A stretch of 64,000 nucleotides of DNA from an uncultured Actinomycetota bacterium (GTDB lineage Bacteria; Actinomycetota; Actinomycetes; Streptosporangiales; Streptosporangiaceae): contig CAVSCN010000024.1 of NCBI GenBank assembly GCA_963726425.1, positions 74,701 through 138,700 on the forward strand, read 5' to 3'. A program made the translations under genes and the position numbers. Under the pieces are notes generated by a model that was not told the DNA's origin, ran no database searches, and saw only the letters and a list, made by a program, of their open reading frames with translations. Positions 33,427 to 43,136 of this stretch are shown in pieces; position 1 is the stretch's first letter; the number at the start of each line of letters is the position of its first letter.

Positions 33427-35007
33427 GTGCTGCGGTCCAGCGGGGTCATGGCCGTCGGCACGCTGGGCTCGCGGCTCACCGGCTTCCTGCGCACGATCGC
33501 GCAGTCCTACGCGCTGGGCATCGCCGGGGTGGCCGGCGCCTACAACCTGTCCAACACGCTGCCCAACGTCGTGTATAACCTCGCCCTCGGCGGCATCCTG
33601 ACCAGCGTCATCGTTCCGCTCATCGTGAACGCCAAGAAGCGGGACCGCGACTCGGGCCGGGCCTACGAGCAGCGGATGTTCACGATGGTCACGGCCGCGC
33701 TGCTCGCCGTCACGGTGGTCGCGACGGTGGCCACGGTGCCGATCGTGCACGCGTACAGCGACGGCTCGGTGACCGGCGCGACCGAGCGCCTGACCGTCAT
33801 GTTCGCCTACTTCTTCATCCCGCAGATCTTCTTCTACGGGATCAGCTCGCTGATCGGCGCCGTGCTGAATACCCGCGGCAGTTTCGCCGCGCCGATGTGG
33901 ACGCCGATCCTCAACAACGTCGTCGTGATCGCGGTCCTCGGCCTGTACGTCGCGGTGGCCGGCCTGCACAAGTTCCCGTCCACCATCACTCCCGGCCAGG
34001 TGCGGCTGCTCGGCATCGGCACCACGCTCGGCGTGGTCGTGCAGACCGTGGCGCTGGTCCCGGCGCTGCGCAAGGTGGGCTTCCGCTGGCAGCCGCGCAC
34101 CGACTTCCGCCGCGGCGAGGTCTCCGAGATCGGCCGGATGGCCGGCTGGATGTTGTGCTACATCGGCGCCACCCAGGTCGCGTTCCTGATCACCACGAAG
34201 GTCGCGGAGGTGGTGCCGCGGAGCGCGGGCGTCACCGAGTACAACTACGCCTGGCTGCTGTTCCAGCTCCCGTACGCAGTCGTGGGCATCTCGGTCATCA
34301 CCGCCCTGTTGCCCCGGATGAGCGCGCACGCCTCGGCCGGCCAGCTGAGCCTGGTCCGGACCGACTTCTCCTCCGGGATCCGGCTCGCCGCGACGATCGT
34401 CGTGCCCTGCTCGCTGGTGCTGGCCGTGCTCGGGACGGCGGTCACCCGGGTGTTCTTCGCGCACGGCGCGGCCCGGGCCGCGGAAGCGCACACGATGGGC
34501 GTCGTGTTCGCGGTCTTCTGCCTGGGCCTGCTGCCCTACATGATCTTCCAGCTGCAGCTGCGGGTCTTCTACTCGCTGCACGACAGCAAGACCCCGGCCC
34601 TGATCGGCCTGGCCACGATGACCGTGAATATCGTCACCAACCTGCTGGCGCTGGCGTTCCTGCGGCACAGCGCCAACCTGGTCGCCGGGCTGGGGCTCGG
34701 CTTCGGGCTGGCGAACCTGCTCGGCGCCATGCTCGCCTGGCGGATCCTCAGCATCCGGATGCGCGGCCTGGACGGCTACGCGGTGGGCCAGTCGCTGGCC
34801 CGGATGCACGTCGCCACGCTGCCGGCGGTCCTGGTCGCGTTCCTGATCGACCACGTGATCGGCACCGGCTCGTTCCTCGCGGCGGCGGCGACCCTGGTGC
34901 TCGGCGGCGGCGGCGCGCTGGTGGCCTACGTGCTCACCGCCAGGGCGCTGCACATCCGGGAGCTGGCCACGGTGAGCCGCACGTTCATGTCGCGGCTCGG
35001 CCGCTGA
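33427..35007 (+). CDS. murJ: Lipid II flippase MurJ/MviN (membrane core)
   Basis: Uninterrupted 526-aa polytopic ORF: LRSSGVMAVGTLGSRLTGFLRTIAQSYALG...AYNLSNTLPNVVYNLALGGILTSVIVP...RVFYSLHDSKTP is the MurJ signature. The true start is probably upstream (see 32140..33426). Confidence 0.92.
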   Translation: MLRSSGVMAVGTLGSRLTGFLRTIAQSYALGIAGVAGAYNLSNTLPNVVYNLALGGILTSVIVPLIVNAKKRDRDSGRAYEQRMFTMVTAALLAVTVVATVATVPIVHAYSDGSVTGATERLTVMFAYFFIPQIFFYGISSLIGAVLNTRGSFAAPMWTPILNNVVVIAVLGLYVAVAGLHKFPSTITPGQVRLLGIGTTLGVVVQTVALVPALRKVGFRWQPRTDFRRGEVSEIGRMAGWMLCYIGATQVAFLITTKVAEVVPRSAGVTEYNYAWLLFQLPYAVVGISVITALLPRMSAHASAGQLSLVRTDFSSGIRLAATIVVPCSLVLAVLGTAVTRVFFAHGAARAAEAHTMGVVFAVFCLGLLPYMIFQLQLRVFYSLHDSKTPALIGLATMTVNIVTNLLALAFLRHSANLVAGLGLGFGLANLLGAMLAWRILSIRMRGLDGYAVGQSLARMHVATLPAVLVAFLIDHVIGTGSFLAAAATLVLGGGGALVAYVLTARALHIRELATVSRTFMSRLGR

Positions 35008-35017
35008 CCGCCGGCGA

Positions 35018-37329
35018 TCAGCCCGGTTCAGCCGGGCCGACGACGGGCCCGTCGCTGCGACAGCGTGTCGGCCGCGGCGCCGATGATGAGCATGGCCACG
35101 AGGCGCGGTGACCACGAGCGAGAGCTGCAGCGCGGCGGGCGCGAAGCCCTCGCCGGACTCGTGCAGCAGGAAGTACTCGATCAGCGGGTGATCGTCGGTG
35201 ATCATCGGGCCAGAGCCGGTGTACGCGTTGACCTGATCGTTGGTCAGCCAGACGCTGCGGCGCACGAGCGCGGTCCAGGCCGCGGTCGAGATGCGCGCTG
35301 AAGTCGGGCGCCCCGCCGCAGGTCAGCGCGCGCGCCGGGGACCCGAGCACCTTCGCGATCGCGCTGGAGGTCAGGTTGATCGGGGACTGCGAGCCCATCA
35401 CGTACGTGCCGAACGGCCGCGGCGCGTAGACGACGGTCATGTACCGGAACGCGCTCCGGAACGTCCGCAGGATCATCTTCTCGAGCCGCGGCTTCTCCAC
35501 CGGGATGAACGTCGCCAGCACGCCGCCCGGGCGTCAGCCGCTGGCGCGCCTCCTGGAAGAACTGCTGGTCAGCAGCACCACGGCGCCGGCGCTCCAGACC
35601 GGCGGCGGGAGGTCAACGGTGATCAGGTCGTAGTGCTGATCGGAGAGCCGGACGTAGTTGCGCCCGTCGCTGACGATGACGTGGGCGAGCGGGTTGTGCA
35701 GGTACTTGCTCGCGTCGGGTAGAACCAGTGACATCACCGCGGGCACGGTCGGGTCCAGCTCGACGGCGGTCGTGTGCAGGCCCTGGAGGATCGACGAGCG
35801 GAACGTCGAGCCCATGCCGAAGCAGATGTTCAGCATGGTCGTCGCGTCCGGACTGGCGGCCTTCGCCACGTAGGCCAGCATCTTGGTGTCGATCGTCAGC
35901 TTGGTGATGCCCACGCCGTTGATGAACAGGTTCCGGGCCCGAGCCGGGCCGCCGGTCACGTCGACGGAGGCGACGCTGTCCTCGAAGTGCGCGGTCGGCG
36001 CCTCGGTGCTTGGCGACCTCGCGCTGGATGTAGGTGAGCTTCGCCGCCGGGATGAACAGGATCAGCAGCAGGACACCGGCGGCGGTGAGCGCGGCAGCGG
36101 GCAGCCAGCCCACTCCGGGGCGACATAGCGACCGCGAGCGCGCTGCCGGTCACGGCCTGAGCGCGAGACAGACCGTCATGATCGCCGCGCTCGTCCCCAG
36201 CGCGGGGATGAGCACGAAGCCGGCCAGCACCGTGCCCGCCACGCACCCGGCCGTGTTGGCCGCGTAGACCAGTCCCACGCCCGCGGCTGGCTTCTCCGGC
36301 GCTGTCGACGAAGAGCCGGACGGTGAGCGGGAACGTGAAGCCGAGGATCGCCGGTCACCGGCAGGATGCAGACGACCGCCAGCGGCAGCAGCGGCGGGCC
36401 GCTCAGGTTGCTGACGACCATCGGCACAGGGAGAGCATGGCCGCGATCGCCAGCAGTGCACCGAGCGTCGGCGACGCTCGGGGCAGTACCGCTTCTGCCG
36501 CTCGTAGACCAGGCTGCCGCCGGCGATGCCGGTCAGGAACACGGCCACGACCGCGACGAACACGTAGATGGACGAGCCGGTGCCCTGCAGCATCATCCGG
36601 GTCCACAGCACCTCGAGCGCCAGGCTGACCAGGCCGGAGACGAAGGTGACGGACAGCATGAGCCGCTGCCGGGGCCGCAGCGGCATCGCGTCGCTCGGCC
36701 TTGGGCCCGACCTCGGCCAGTCTTCGGCCCGGCCGAAGGATCGGGAGATCAGGATCGCGCCGCCGCCGGCGCACAGGTTGAGCGCGACCGCGATCAGCGC
36801 GGTGCCGCGCAGGCCGAGCAGCTCGATCAGCAGGTAGCCGCTGGCCGACCGAGCCCAGCACGGCGCCGAGCGTGTTCAGCCCGTACAGCCGGGCTATCCG
36901 GTTGCCGACATCGGGGTTCTCGCCGGACCAGGTGCCGGGTCAGCACCGGCAGCGACATGCCCATGAGCAGCGTCACCGGCGTCAGCGCCAGGAACGCGAG
37001 GCCGAACCGGATCAGGCTCGACCTGCACCGGCGAGAGCGACAGGTAGGCAGACCGGAACAAGCGTCGCGATGACGTCGAACGCCAGCGGCATCAGCAGCG
37101 CCAGGCAGCCGACGATGATCTCCAGCAGTCCGTACACCGCCAGCGCACGGCGCAGCCGGGCGCCGATGGCAGCGCCGACCAGCGCCCCGATGCCCAGACC
37201 GGCCAGGAAGGCGGTCACGGTCGTGACGATCGCGAGCGTGGTGTCGCCGAAGATCAGGACCAGGTCTTGGGTCCAGACGACCTGGTAGATCAGGCCCGCC
37301 GCACCCGAGGCCACGAACAGCACCGGCAC
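35018..37329 (-). pseudogene. Fused MFS-like membrane domain / spermidine-synthase-like protein, at least 8 frame changes
   Basis: The N-terminal TM region is in ORFs 37012..37329 (VLFVASGAAGLIYQVVWTQDLVLIFG), 36827..37438 (IRFGLAFLALTPVTLLMGMSLPVLTRHLV) and 36150..36686 (LSVTFVSGLVSLALEVLWTRMMLQGTGSSIYVF; VYAANTAGCVAGTVLAGFVLIPALG). The SpeE-like domain is in ORFs 35534..35959 (LNICFGMGSTFRSSILQGLHTTAVELDPTV...SDGRNYVRLSDQHYDLITVDLPPP), 35018..35521 and the start of 33412..35265. It is convergent with murJ, with stops 10 nt apart. Confidence 0.78.
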
Positions 37330-37530
37330 CCACAGGTCCGACGCCGGCCGAGGACGCCCCGCGCCGTGGGTGGCGGTGCACGCCGGTATTCGCTGTTCGT
37401 GCTGGTCCGGTCACCGGACCGACACTACCGAAGCGCAATGCCCGGTTCAGATGATCTGTCGCTTTCTTGGCCCGGCCATACCCGCCCGTGACCGTTTACT
37501 GCCGGGCAGCGACGATGGCAGCCTTGAGCA

Positions 37531-38557
37531 ATGCCCCCGGCCATCAGGTACTGCGACACGCCAGGCGGGTAAGGTCGCGTTCACCATCACGGGCGCGGGC
37601 CCGGTGCTGCTGCTGGAGTCCGGCTGGGTCACCCATCTGCGCCGTCAGCTCGACTTGTTCCGCTACCGGGACTTTCTGGCGGCCTGACCAGGCGGTTCAC
37701 CGTGCTGCGGTACGACAAGCCCGGCTGCGGACTGTCTGATCGCGTGACGCCGGACCTGACGTTCCCAGCCCAGGTCAGCGCGGCGATCGCGGTCGCCGAC
37801 GCGGCCGGCGCCGGCCAGTTCGCGGTCTTCGGGGCGTCCCAGGGCGGCCATCTCGCCGCGGCCCTCGCGGCCGCGCATCCGGATCGCGTCACCGCTCTGT
37901 CGCTCTACGGCACGTGCGCGGACGGGTCGGCGCTGGCACCGCCGGCGGTGCGCGACTCGATCGTCGGCGTGGTCCGCGCCCACTGGGGCCTCGGCTCCAA
38001 GATGATGACCGGCATCTTCGTGCACGAGCCGGAGCACGCAGGACGTCGCGGCCATGACCCGGTTCCAGCGGGAGAGCGCGGACAGCAGTACCGCGGCGAG
38101 CCTGCTAGCGGAGTACTACCGCACCGACGTCACGCCGCTGCTGCCCGCGATCACGGCCCGCACCGTCGTGCTGCACCGGGAGGCGGACACCGCCACCCGG
38201 TTCGAGCTCGGCCGGCAGGTCGCCGCGCTGATCCCTGGCGCCGAGCTGATCCCGCTGCCCGGCTCGGGCCACCTGTTCTACGCCAACGAGTGGCAGCCGG
38301 TGCTGGCCGCGGCGCTGGACTTCCTGACCAGCCCGCAGGCCGCCGCGTCACCCCTGACCAGCCGGGAACTCGAAGTCGCGGAGCTGGTCGCGGCGGGCCT
38401 GACGAACCAGGCGATCGCGACCAGGCTCGGCATCGCCCCGCGCACCGCCGAGTCGCACGCGGAGAACATCCGGCGCAAGCTCGGCGTGCGATCGCGCGCG
38501 CAGATCGCCGCCTGGGTCACGGCCCGCCCGCCGGGCACCGACCATTCCCGGCGATAG
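37531..38557 (+). pseudogene. Alpha/beta-hydrolase domain fused to C-terminal LuxR HTH, 3 frameshifts
   Basis: The gene is read across four frames, in this order:
- ATG 37531: MPPAIRYCDTPGG.
- ORF 37370..37687: KVAFTITGAGPVLLLESGWVTHL.
- ORF 37702..: RYDKPGCGLSDR...VFGASQGGHLAAALAAAHPDRV, including the nucleophile elbow GxSxG.
- ORF 38054..38557: ...GSGHLFY...LTSRELEVAELVAAGLTNQAIATRLGIAPRTAESHAENIRRKLGV. Confidence 0.8.
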
Positions 38558-38614
38558 ACTGCGCTGCATATCCATTTCCTGCCAATAGCGCAGCAATCCA
38601 CGCGCCGACCGTTA

Positions 38615-39454
38615 GTGAGTAGCCCGCTCATGACCGCTGACCAGATCCCGCCGGGCGTCGACCCGAACGTCCCGACCCCGGCCCGGCTCTACGACTACTT
38701 CCTCGGTGGCAGCAACAACTTCGAGGTGGACCGGCAGCTCGCCGAGCGCATCAGGTCGCTGGTCCCTGAGGTCAGCGACTCGGCCTGGGCGAACCGGGCG
38801 TTCCATCAGCGCGCCGCGACCTGGCTGGCCGCGCAGCGCGGCCTGGACCAGTTCATCGACATCGGCGCGGGACTGCCCACCCAGGGCAACACGCACGAGC
38901 TGGTCCGCGCCGCGGTGCCGGACGCACGCGTGGTCTACGTCGACAACGATCCGATGGTGCTGGCGCACGGGACCGCATTGCTCGACGGCGTCCCCGGCGT
39001 CGAGATGGTCATGGCGGACCTGCGCGACCCCGAGGCCGTGCTCACCCATCCGGGGCTGACCGGCCTGATCGACCTCAGCCGGCCGGTCGGCTTCCTGATG
39101 ACGGGCGTGCTCTACTTCGTCGCGGACGGGTCCGACCCGTGGGGCCTGGTGGCGCGTTACGTCTCCGCCCTCGCTTCCGGCAGCTACCTGGTGCTCTCGC
39201 ACCTGACCTCGGACAGCAAGCCGACGCGCGCAGTCGAGACCGGCCAGGACGTCTACGCCCGCGCCACCGAGGGCCTGTACTTCCGCACCAGGGAGCAGGT
39301 CGAGCGCTTCTTCACCGGGCTTGAGCTGGAGCCGCCCTACCCGGGTGCGCCCGCGGCAGTGAGCTACGTCGGCGTCTGGGGCGCCGAGGATCCGGTGGCC
39401 GCGGACACCGACGATTCACGGTGGCTGTACTGCGGCGTCGCCCGCCGCCCCTGA
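38615..39454 (+). CDS. SAM-dependent methyltransferase (actinomycete DUF574-type)
   Basis: Intact 279-aa ORF: PARLYDYFLGGSNNFEVDRQLAE...RAFHQRAATWLAAQRGLDQFIDIGAGLPTQGNTHE...VVYVDNDPMVLAHG...VLYFVAD is the typical signature of this family. The start may be ATG 38630. Confidence 0.85.
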   Translation: MSSPLMTADQIPPGVDPNVPTPARLYDYFLGGSNNFEVDRQLAERIRSLVPEVSDSAWANRAFHQRAATWLAAQRGLDQFIDIGAGLPTQGNTHELVRAAVPDARVVYVDNDPMVLAHGTALLDGVPGVEMVMADLRDPEAVLTHPGLTGLIDLSRPVGFLMTGVLYFVADGSDPWGLVARYVSALASGSYLVLSHLTSDSKPTRAVETGQDVYARATEGLYFRTREQVERFFTGLELEPPYPGAPAAVSYVGVWGAEDPVAADTDDSRWLYCGVARRP

Positions 39455-39459
39455 CCGCT

Positions 39460-39497
39460 GGCCGGGCCAGGGTGATCCTTGCGGCCCTGGCCCGGCC
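39460..39497. terminator. Strong bidirectional hairpin between convergent genes
   Basis: GGCCGGGCCAGGG-tgatccttgcgg-CCCTGGCCCGGCC forms a perfect 13-bp GC-rich stem. It starts 6 nt after the methyltransferase stop and ends 12 nt before the stop of the 39509..41167 gene. Confidence 0.6.
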
Positions 39498-39508
39498 TAG
39501 TCAGCCAG

Positions 39509-41167
39509 TTACTTCCCGAGCGACAGGGTCTCCAGTTCCAGGTAGGTGTGGGCGGCCCAGGACACCGGGTCGCGGGCGAAGTCGCGCTGGATGGCCCGGT
39601 TGTCGAGCGCGTTGTCCAGCGCGGCCATGATCATCGACTCGTCCAGGACCAGGTACCGGTGCCCGACGGCGCCGGTGGTCGGGTCGACCGAGTCGAAGAA
39701 GCCGTCGACGCCGTAAAGGCCCGGGTACAGCGTGCGCAGCTGCTGGAGGTTCGCGTAGGCCTGCTGCGGCGCGACGTCGAGCGCCAGGAACGACGCGTGC
39801 GGAGCGACGACATCTTCGGTCGCGCAGCCGTGACACTGGGACAGGCCCTCGTTCGGATCGCTCGCCGTGGCGCCGGTCCCGTTATACGGGAACGCCAGGC
39901 CCTCCACGCCGTAGCCGGAGTAGTCGCCGGTGTCGTCCGGGGTACTGGCCGGGGACATGCCCCACACCGGGTAGTGCAGCTGCTGGGTGGCGTACTTGAT
40001 CTGCACGTCGGCCGTGCGTACGTCCGCGAGCCCGAAGCTCCGGGTGCCCCAGCTGGTCTCCGGCACGACCTCGTTCGGCATCAGCCCCTCGAACATGCCG
40101 CCGGAGTAGGTCGGGATGAACGTCAGGTTCGTGCCCGGGTAGGTGTAGTGGCCCTCCCAGACGTCGAATTTCTGCCCTGACTGCGGGTCGGTGTAGGTCT
40201 GCCAGGACCCGCCCATCGGCCACTGGCCCTGCCAGGAGAAGTCCGGATCGGTGGCCTGGCAGTCGGTGAACGGGGCCGGCGGCGGGAGCTCACGCCAGCT
40301 GCGCCACCACACGTTGCCGGGCATCTGGTGCAGCCCCATGCCGATATAGGCGGAGATCCTCGGGTCACTGTAAAAGGCGCCGTTGTGGTAGTACTGCGTC
40401 CAGTTGCTGCCCTGGTCGGGCGGCAGTCCGGCGTAATACCCGCCGTACATCTGGCCGGTCGGCTGGTTACCCTGGATCGCCGGGTTGACATTGCAGTGCG
40501 TCTCGGCCCGGTTGTCATAGAAGATGCCGAAGTTCATCGGCGCGATCAGGGTGTCGGCGAGGTGCGCGAGTTGGGGAATGGCCTGCCGCACGACGATCAG
40601 GCCGGACGCGTACCAGCCGTTGTCGACGTTGGAGACGAACGAGCAGTTGGTGAACGCGGGCGCCGCGGTCGGGTCGCAGTCCGGCTGGCCCGGGTTGCTG
40701 AGCACCGACCCGTTGGTCGTGTCGTACCACTGGTACAGGAAGCCGTCGAAGCGTCTGAGGTGTGACACCTCGGTCAGCGTCGCCCGGACCAGCGACGCCG
40801 CCCGCGGCGCGGCGATCAGGCCGAGATCCCTGGCGGAGACCACGGCCCACAGGTACACGCCGATGTTGGCGGCGGAGGTATACCGGCCGTAGCTGGTCGG
40901 CTTCGGCGAGCCGCCGGCGAACGTGACGTTATCCATCGGCAGGTTCGTGGCGGAGTCGACGTCGGCGGCGTAGAACTTCCAGGTGTCGCGCGCGATCGAC
41001 AGCAGGTTCGCTCGCTGCGCCTGGGTCAGGCTGGTGTACGCGGCGACCGGGAAGCCAGCGGACTGTCCGGCGCTGGCCTGCGCCGCCGGCACGAGCGCCG
41101 CGGCGAGCAGCGCAGCCGCGAGGATGAGCCAGTACCTGAGCCTCGTGCGCCTGAGTGCGGAGATCAT
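39509..41167 (-). CDS. Secreted six-hairpin glycosidase-like protein (DUF3131 / 'glucoamylase family', beta-glucan hydrolase-like)
   Basis: Intact 552-aa ORF with a signal peptide (LILAAALLAAALVPAAQASA). Blocks FLYQWYDTTNG, NVDNGWYASGL, YSGGMFEGLMPNEVVPE and LYGVDGFFDSV...RYLVLDESMIMAALDN resemble, from memory, the PF10091/DUF3131 alpha/alpha-toroid family. It is the last gene of the LacI-GH39-ABC operon. Confidence 0.65.
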   Translation of the reverse strand: MISALRRTRLRYWLILAAALLAAALVPAAQASAGQSAGFPVAAYTSLTQAQRANLLSIARDTWKFYAADVDSATNLPMDNVTFAGGSPKPTSYGRYTSAANIGVYLWAVVSARDLGLIAAPRAASLVRATLTEVSHLRRFDGFLYQWYDTTNGSVLSNPGQPDCDPTAAPAFTNCSFVSNVDNGWYASGLIVVRQAIPQLAHLADTLIAPMNFGIFYDNRAETHCNVNPAIQGNQPTGQMYGGYYAGLPPDQGSNWTQYYHNGAFYSDPRISAYIGMGLHQMPGNVWWRSWRELPPPAPFTDCQATDPDFSWQGQWPMGGSWQTYTDPQSGQKFDVWEGHYTYPGTNLTFIPTYSGGMFEGLMPNEVVPETSWGTRSFGLADVRTADVQIKYATQQLHYPVWGMSPASTPDDTGDYSGYGVEGLAFPYNGTGATASDPNEGLSQCHGCATEDVVAPHASFLALDVAPQQAYANLQQLRTLYPGLYGVDGFFDSVDPTTGAVGHRYLVLDESMIMAALDNALDNRAIQRDFARDPVSWAAHTYLELETLSLGK

Positions 41168-42142
41168 GATCTGCCCCTGTCTGTGGACGGGCTGGGGGTT
41201 GCCGGGCTGGGGGTCGCTGGGCTGGGCGTTGCCGTGACGCTGGCCGGGACGGCCGCAGCCGACGCCGCAAGCGGGTTCGCGACCGCGTCGAGCAGCCGGA
41301 CGGTGTAGCTGTGCTGCGGGTGTTGCAGCACCTGCCTGGTGGGTCCCCGTTCGACGATCCGCCCCTGGTAGAGGACCAGTAGCTCGTCGGTGATCACGCG
41401 CGCGCTGAGCAGGTCGTGCGTGATGTAGAGCAGGCTGAGGCCGCGCTCCCGGCGCAGTTCAGCGAGCAAATCGAGGACCCCCGCCCGGAGCGAGACATCA
41501 AGCATGGAGACCGGCTCGTCCGCCACGATCAGTCCCGGTTCGCAGGCCAGTGCCCTGGCGATCAGGACGCGCTGGCGCTGGCCGCCGGAGAGCTGATGCG
41601 GCAGCTTGGCCGCGAACTGGCTGGCCGGGACCAGGCCCACCGTCTCCAGCAGGTCGCCGACCCGTCGTCGCGCCTGCCCCGCCGACATGTGCAGGAAGTT
41701 CTGGCACGGCCGGCTCACCGTGTACTCGACCGTGTGCAGCGGGTTGAGCGCGCCGTAGGGGTCCTGGAACACCATCTGCACCTGGTGGTGCAGGTTGCGC
41801 AGCCCGCCCGCGCGCAGCTTGCCGATATCGGTCGGGCCGAAGGTGATCGAGCCGGCCGTGGGCCGCTCCGAGCCGGTGATCAGGCGTGCCAGCGTGCTCT
41901 TGCCGCTGCCGCTGGCGCCGACCAGGCCCACGGCCGCACCGGGCGCGATGGCGAACGACACGTCGTCGACCGCCGCGACCTTGCGCCGGGCCTGGCCGCG
42001 CGCCCGGTAGACCTTCGACACGCCGCTGACCGTCAGCTCGGGCACGCTGCTGGCGGTGGCCGTGCTGGCGGTGGCCGTGCTGGCGCTGACTGGCCTCCGC
42101 GGGCACCGGCGCGGCCGGTACGGGAGCTGGCTCAGCCGACAT
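41164..42142 (-). CDS. ABC transporter ATP-binding protein (DppF/OppF-type); 5' end uncertain
   Basis: Motifs: Walker A GASGSGKST, signature LSGGQRQR, Walker B LIVADEP and the oligopeptide-type C-terminal domain. ATG 42142 overlaps the upstream stop but is in a different frame from the body. The body frame has very high third-position GC up to ~42140, and its first in-frame start is GTG 42045 (MPELTVSGVSKVY). So there is either a very early frameshift or a later start. Confidence 0.85.
41189..41233. repeat. 15-bp tandem repeat x3 inside the ABC ATPase 3' end (encodes ATPSP x3)
   Basis: GGGCTGGGGGTTGCC / GGGCTGGGGGTCGCT / GGGCTGGGCGTTGCC. The minus-strand translation is ...TATPSPATPSPATPSPS... 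Confidence 0.8.
42049..42087. repeat. 15-bp tandem repeat x2.6 at the 5' end of the ABC ATPase gene (encodes ASTAT repeats)
   Basis: GCTGGCGGTGGCCGT / GCTGGCGGTGGCCGT / GCTGGCGCT. The minus-strand body frame reads SASTATASTATAS. Confidence 0.8.
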
Positions 42143-43136
42143 GACCGGCCTCCACTTCTACCCGCGCCGCCCGGGCCCGGACGTGACACGCGGCGAGTCC
42201 GCGACCCAGCGGCGTCAGCGCCGGGTCCTCCGTTCGGCAGACCTCCTCGACCAGCGGGCACCTCGGCGCGAACGAGCAGCCGTGCTGCGGAAGGGACAGA
42301 TCCGGCGGCGTGCCGGGGATGCCGGACAGCTGGACGACGTCCGCGCGCGGATCGCCGTAGCAGTCGAGCAGCGCCTCGGTATACGGGTGGTGCGGCCCGG
42401 TGGCGATCGCCCCGGACGGCTGGTCCTCGACGATCTGGCCGGCGTACATAACCATGACCCGGTCGGTGGTCTCCAGGACGACGCCGAGATCGTGACTGAT
42501 CAGGATCGCGGTGAAGCCGCGATCACGCTGGAGGTCCTTGATCGTCTGCATGACCGCCTGCTGCACGATGACGTCCAGCGCCGTGGTCGGCTCGTCAAAG
42601 ACGATCAGCCTCGGCTGCAGGGCGAGCGCCAGCGCGATCGAGACCCGCTGCCGCATGCCGCCGGACAGCTCGTGCGGGAAGCGGCCGAGCACCTCGGGTT
42701 CGAGCCGGACGGCTTCGAGCAGTTCCGTGCCGCGCTGGCGGATGCCCGCCCTGGTCACGTCGTCGTCCGGCCGCGCGTGCGCCTTGAGCACGTCGCCGAG
42801 CTGATGCTCCACGGTGCGCACCGGGTTCAGCGCGTTCATGCCGCTCTGCAACACCAGCGCGAACCCGTTCCGGCGCTGCCGGCGCAGCTCCTCGCCGGTC
42901 AGGCTGGCAATGTCGGTGCCGTCGAACCGGATGACGCCGCCGTCCAGCCGAGCGGGCGGGCGGAGCATCCGGGTGAGCGCGTAGCCCAGGGTCGTCTTGC
43001 CGCAGCCGGACTCGCCGACGATCCCGACGAACTCACCCTGATCCAGGGACACGTCGACGTCCCGCACGGCCCAGATCCGCTGACCGCGATTCGGCTGGTA
43101 CACCACGCTGACGCCGCGGGCCTCCAACAGTGCCAT
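42132..43136 (-). CDS. ABC transporter ATP-binding protein (DppD/OppD-type)
   Basis: ATG 43136 (MALLEARGVSVVY) overlaps the permease stop (ATGA). Motifs: Walker A GESGCGKTT, signature LSGGMRQR, Walker B LIVFDEPTTALD and the C-terminal Cys-containing oligopeptide domain (CSFAPRCP). Confidence 0.92.
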   Translation of the reverse strand: MALLEARGVSVVYQPNRGQRIWAVRDVDVSLDQGEFVGIVGESGCGKTTLGYALTRMLRPPARLDGGVIRFDGTDIASLTGEELRRQRRNGFALVLQSGMNALNPVRTVEHQLGDVLKAHARPDDDVTRAGIRQRGTELLEAVRLEPEVLGRFPHELSGGMRQRVSIALALALQPRLIVFDEPTTALDVIVQQAVMQTIKDLQRDRGFTAILISHDLGVVLETTDRVMVMYAGQIVEDQPSGAIATGPHHPYTEALLDCYGDPRADVVQLSGIPGTPPDLSLPQHGCSFAPRCPLVEEVCRTEDPALTPLGRGLAACHVRARAARVEVEAGHVG

